From assembly GCA_963802415.1 (NCBI GenBank), contig CAWDIH010000001.1, positions 2,633,000-2,696,999 of the forward strand: 64,000 nt of DNA. Direction: 5' to 3'. The DNA is from an uncultured Acidimicrobiia bacterium. Lineage in GTDB: Bacteria > Actinomycetota > Acidimicrobiia > Acidimicrobiales > JACDCH01. Positions 62,297 through 64,000 of the stretch are shown here, piece by piece. Position 1 is the stretch's first letter. Every line of letters begins with the position of its first letter. A program made the translations under genes and the position numbers. The notes under the pieces were generated by a model. It made no database searches, was not told the origin of the DNA, and saw only the letters and a list, made by a program, of their open reading frames with translations.

Positions 62297-64000
62297 GTGG
62301 CTGAGTACGTTCCTCCGCTGAACGACATTCGCTTCGCGCTCGAGAACCTCGTCGATCTGGCCGCGCTCTCGACGCTGCCCCCGTTCGGACACGCCGATCC
62401 CGAGACTGTGTACGGCCTGCTCGACGAGTTCGGCCGGTTCGTCGCCGACGTGCTCGCGCCACTCGATCGAGGCGGTGACGCGAACGGTGCGACGTTCGAT
62501 CCGGACACGGGTTCGGTCTCGACCGCGCCGGGTTGGGCGCGCGCGTACCAGCGCTATGTCGACGCGGGATGGGGAAGCGTGCCGTTCGAACCGGCGCACG
62601 GGGGCGGCGGTTTTCCGTGGCTCGTTACGATCTCGATGCAGGAGATCCTCACCGCCGGGAACATGGCGTGGTCGCTGTGCCCGCTGCTGACGCAAGGCGC
62701 CATCGACATGCTGATGCACCACGGGAACGAGGAGCAGCAGGAGCGCTATCTCCGCCCAATGGTGTCGGGAGAGTGGACCGGCACGATGAACCTGACTGAG
62801 CCACAAGCGGGTTCGGACGTCGGCGCGCTGCGCACTCGCGCAGTGCCCTCACGCGAGGGCGACGGCTCTTGGCGCATCTCCGGCCAGAAGATCTTCATCA
62901 CCTACGGCGAGCACGACATGACCGAGAACATCGTGCATCTCGTTCTCGCTCGAGTGCCTGATGCGCCACCCGGGACGAAAGGCATCTCGTGCTTCATCGT
63001 CCCGAAGCGACTCCTCGACGCGGACGGCTCGCTCGGCGAACACAATCGGATTCATTGCATCGGCATCGAACACAAGATGGGCATTCACGCGTCGCCGACG
63101 TGCACGCTCGAGTACGACGACGCCGTTGGGTATCTCGTCGGCGAGCCGAACACGGGCATGCGGCTCATGTTCACGATGATGAACATCGCTCGCCTCTCCG
63201 TCGCGCTGTCCGGACTCGCCGTCGGCGAGCGCGCATACCAACAAGCACTCGACTACGCGGTCGAACGGCGACAAGGTCGTGCCGTCGGCGCGCCCGCCGG
63301 CGAGGAGAGTCCGATCATCGACCACGCCGACGTGCGCCGCATGCTCCTGACGATGCGCGCGCTCGTGGAAGCGATGCGCGGGCTCGTGTACGCGAACGCG
63401 GAAGCGGTCGACTTGGCACGCCACAGCGAGGACGGCGCAGCGCGTGAACGCGCGCAGGAGCTGGTCGATCTGCTGACGCCGGTCACGAAGGCCTGGTGCA
63501 CCGACATGGGCACCGAGGTCGCATCGCTCGCCGTACAGGTCCACGGCGGGATGGGGTACATCGAAGAAACCGGTGTCGCGCAGCGCTACCGCGACATCCG
63601 CATCGCCGCGATCTACGAAGGCACCAACGGCATCCAGGCGATCGACCTCGTCAGCCGCAAGCTCCCCATGCGCGCCGGAGGGGTCGTCGAGAACTTCCTC
63701 GAGGAACTCGACGCCCTGGACCCCGGGCTCGGTGACGAATGGCCCGCCGCGGTCGCCGCGTTGCGCGAGGCGACCACCTGGATCCTGGCCCATGGCGCAG
63801 CCGAACCGAACGACGCGCGCTCGCCGCGGCCACGCCGTACCTTCACATGTTCGGGATCGTCGCGGGCGGCTGGGTCATGGCCAGGCAGGCCGTCGCCGCG
63901 CGGAAGCTCGGCCTCGACGAGAAGCTGACGACGGCACGCTTCTACCTCACCGAGCTGCTGCCGCAGGCAACGGGCCTGCTGCCGGCCGTGACCGCCGGCA
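62297..64000 (+). pseudogene. long acyl-CoA dehydrogenase (FadE-like), frameshift near 63812, 3' end outside window
   Basis: GTG 62297 (AEYVPPLNDIRFAL). TEPQAGSD and FITYGEHD motifs. After ...AEPNDA the conserved continuation ALAAATPYLHMFGIVAGGWVMARQ... runs in another frame to the window end. Confidence 0.8.

Overview
This is a very GC-rich, gene-dense chromosomal segment of about 60 genes. The gene complement looks actinobacterial (inference): a DtxR/IdeR-type repressor, ROK polyphosphate glucokinase, a PIG-L/MshB-like deacetylase, and F420-type LLM and PPOX enzymes.

Gene order:
- Dpp/Opp-type peptide ABC transporter (5' truncated), then secG, tRNA-Leu(GAG) and uppP.
- A form I CO-dehydrogenase cluster on the minus strand: coxM-coxS-coxL, an XdhC-like gene, coxD, coxE and a methyltransferase.
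- A divergent LysR regulator, then a second, form II (coxS-L-M order) molybdoenzyme cluster.
- A run of redox and PLP enzymes, then a DUF559/AbiEi-like gene.
- A five-gene Arn-like aminosugar-lipid module: DegT aminotransferase, SDR epimerase/dehydratase, GT2, a membrane-anchored NodB deacetylase and a polytopic membrane protein.
- A small zinc-ribbon ORF, an orphan D12 adenine methylase and a convergent UvrD-type helicase.
- Transporters, the IdeR-like repressor, sulfatase/CapA, gltBD, and a final block of hydrolases and oxidoreductases ending in a 3'-truncated acyl-CoA dehydrogenase.

I found no rRNA, CRISPR array, transposase or integrase.

Most notable non-genic signals:
1. A 52-nt rod-like hairpin repeat is present three times. 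Each copy is sense-oriented and starts 2-10 nt after a stop codon. One copy sits inside the gltB-gltD spacer and carries a compensatory stem substitution.
2. A 47-nt palindromic element (16-nt arms, 15-nt spacer) brackets the DUF559 gene on both sides. A degenerate third copy lies in front of the methylase.
3. Nine otherwise well-conserved genes carry about 12 frameshifts. This indicates either indel-type assembly errors or real pseudogenisation.

All functional calls come from motif recognition in the supplied translations. No database search was run.
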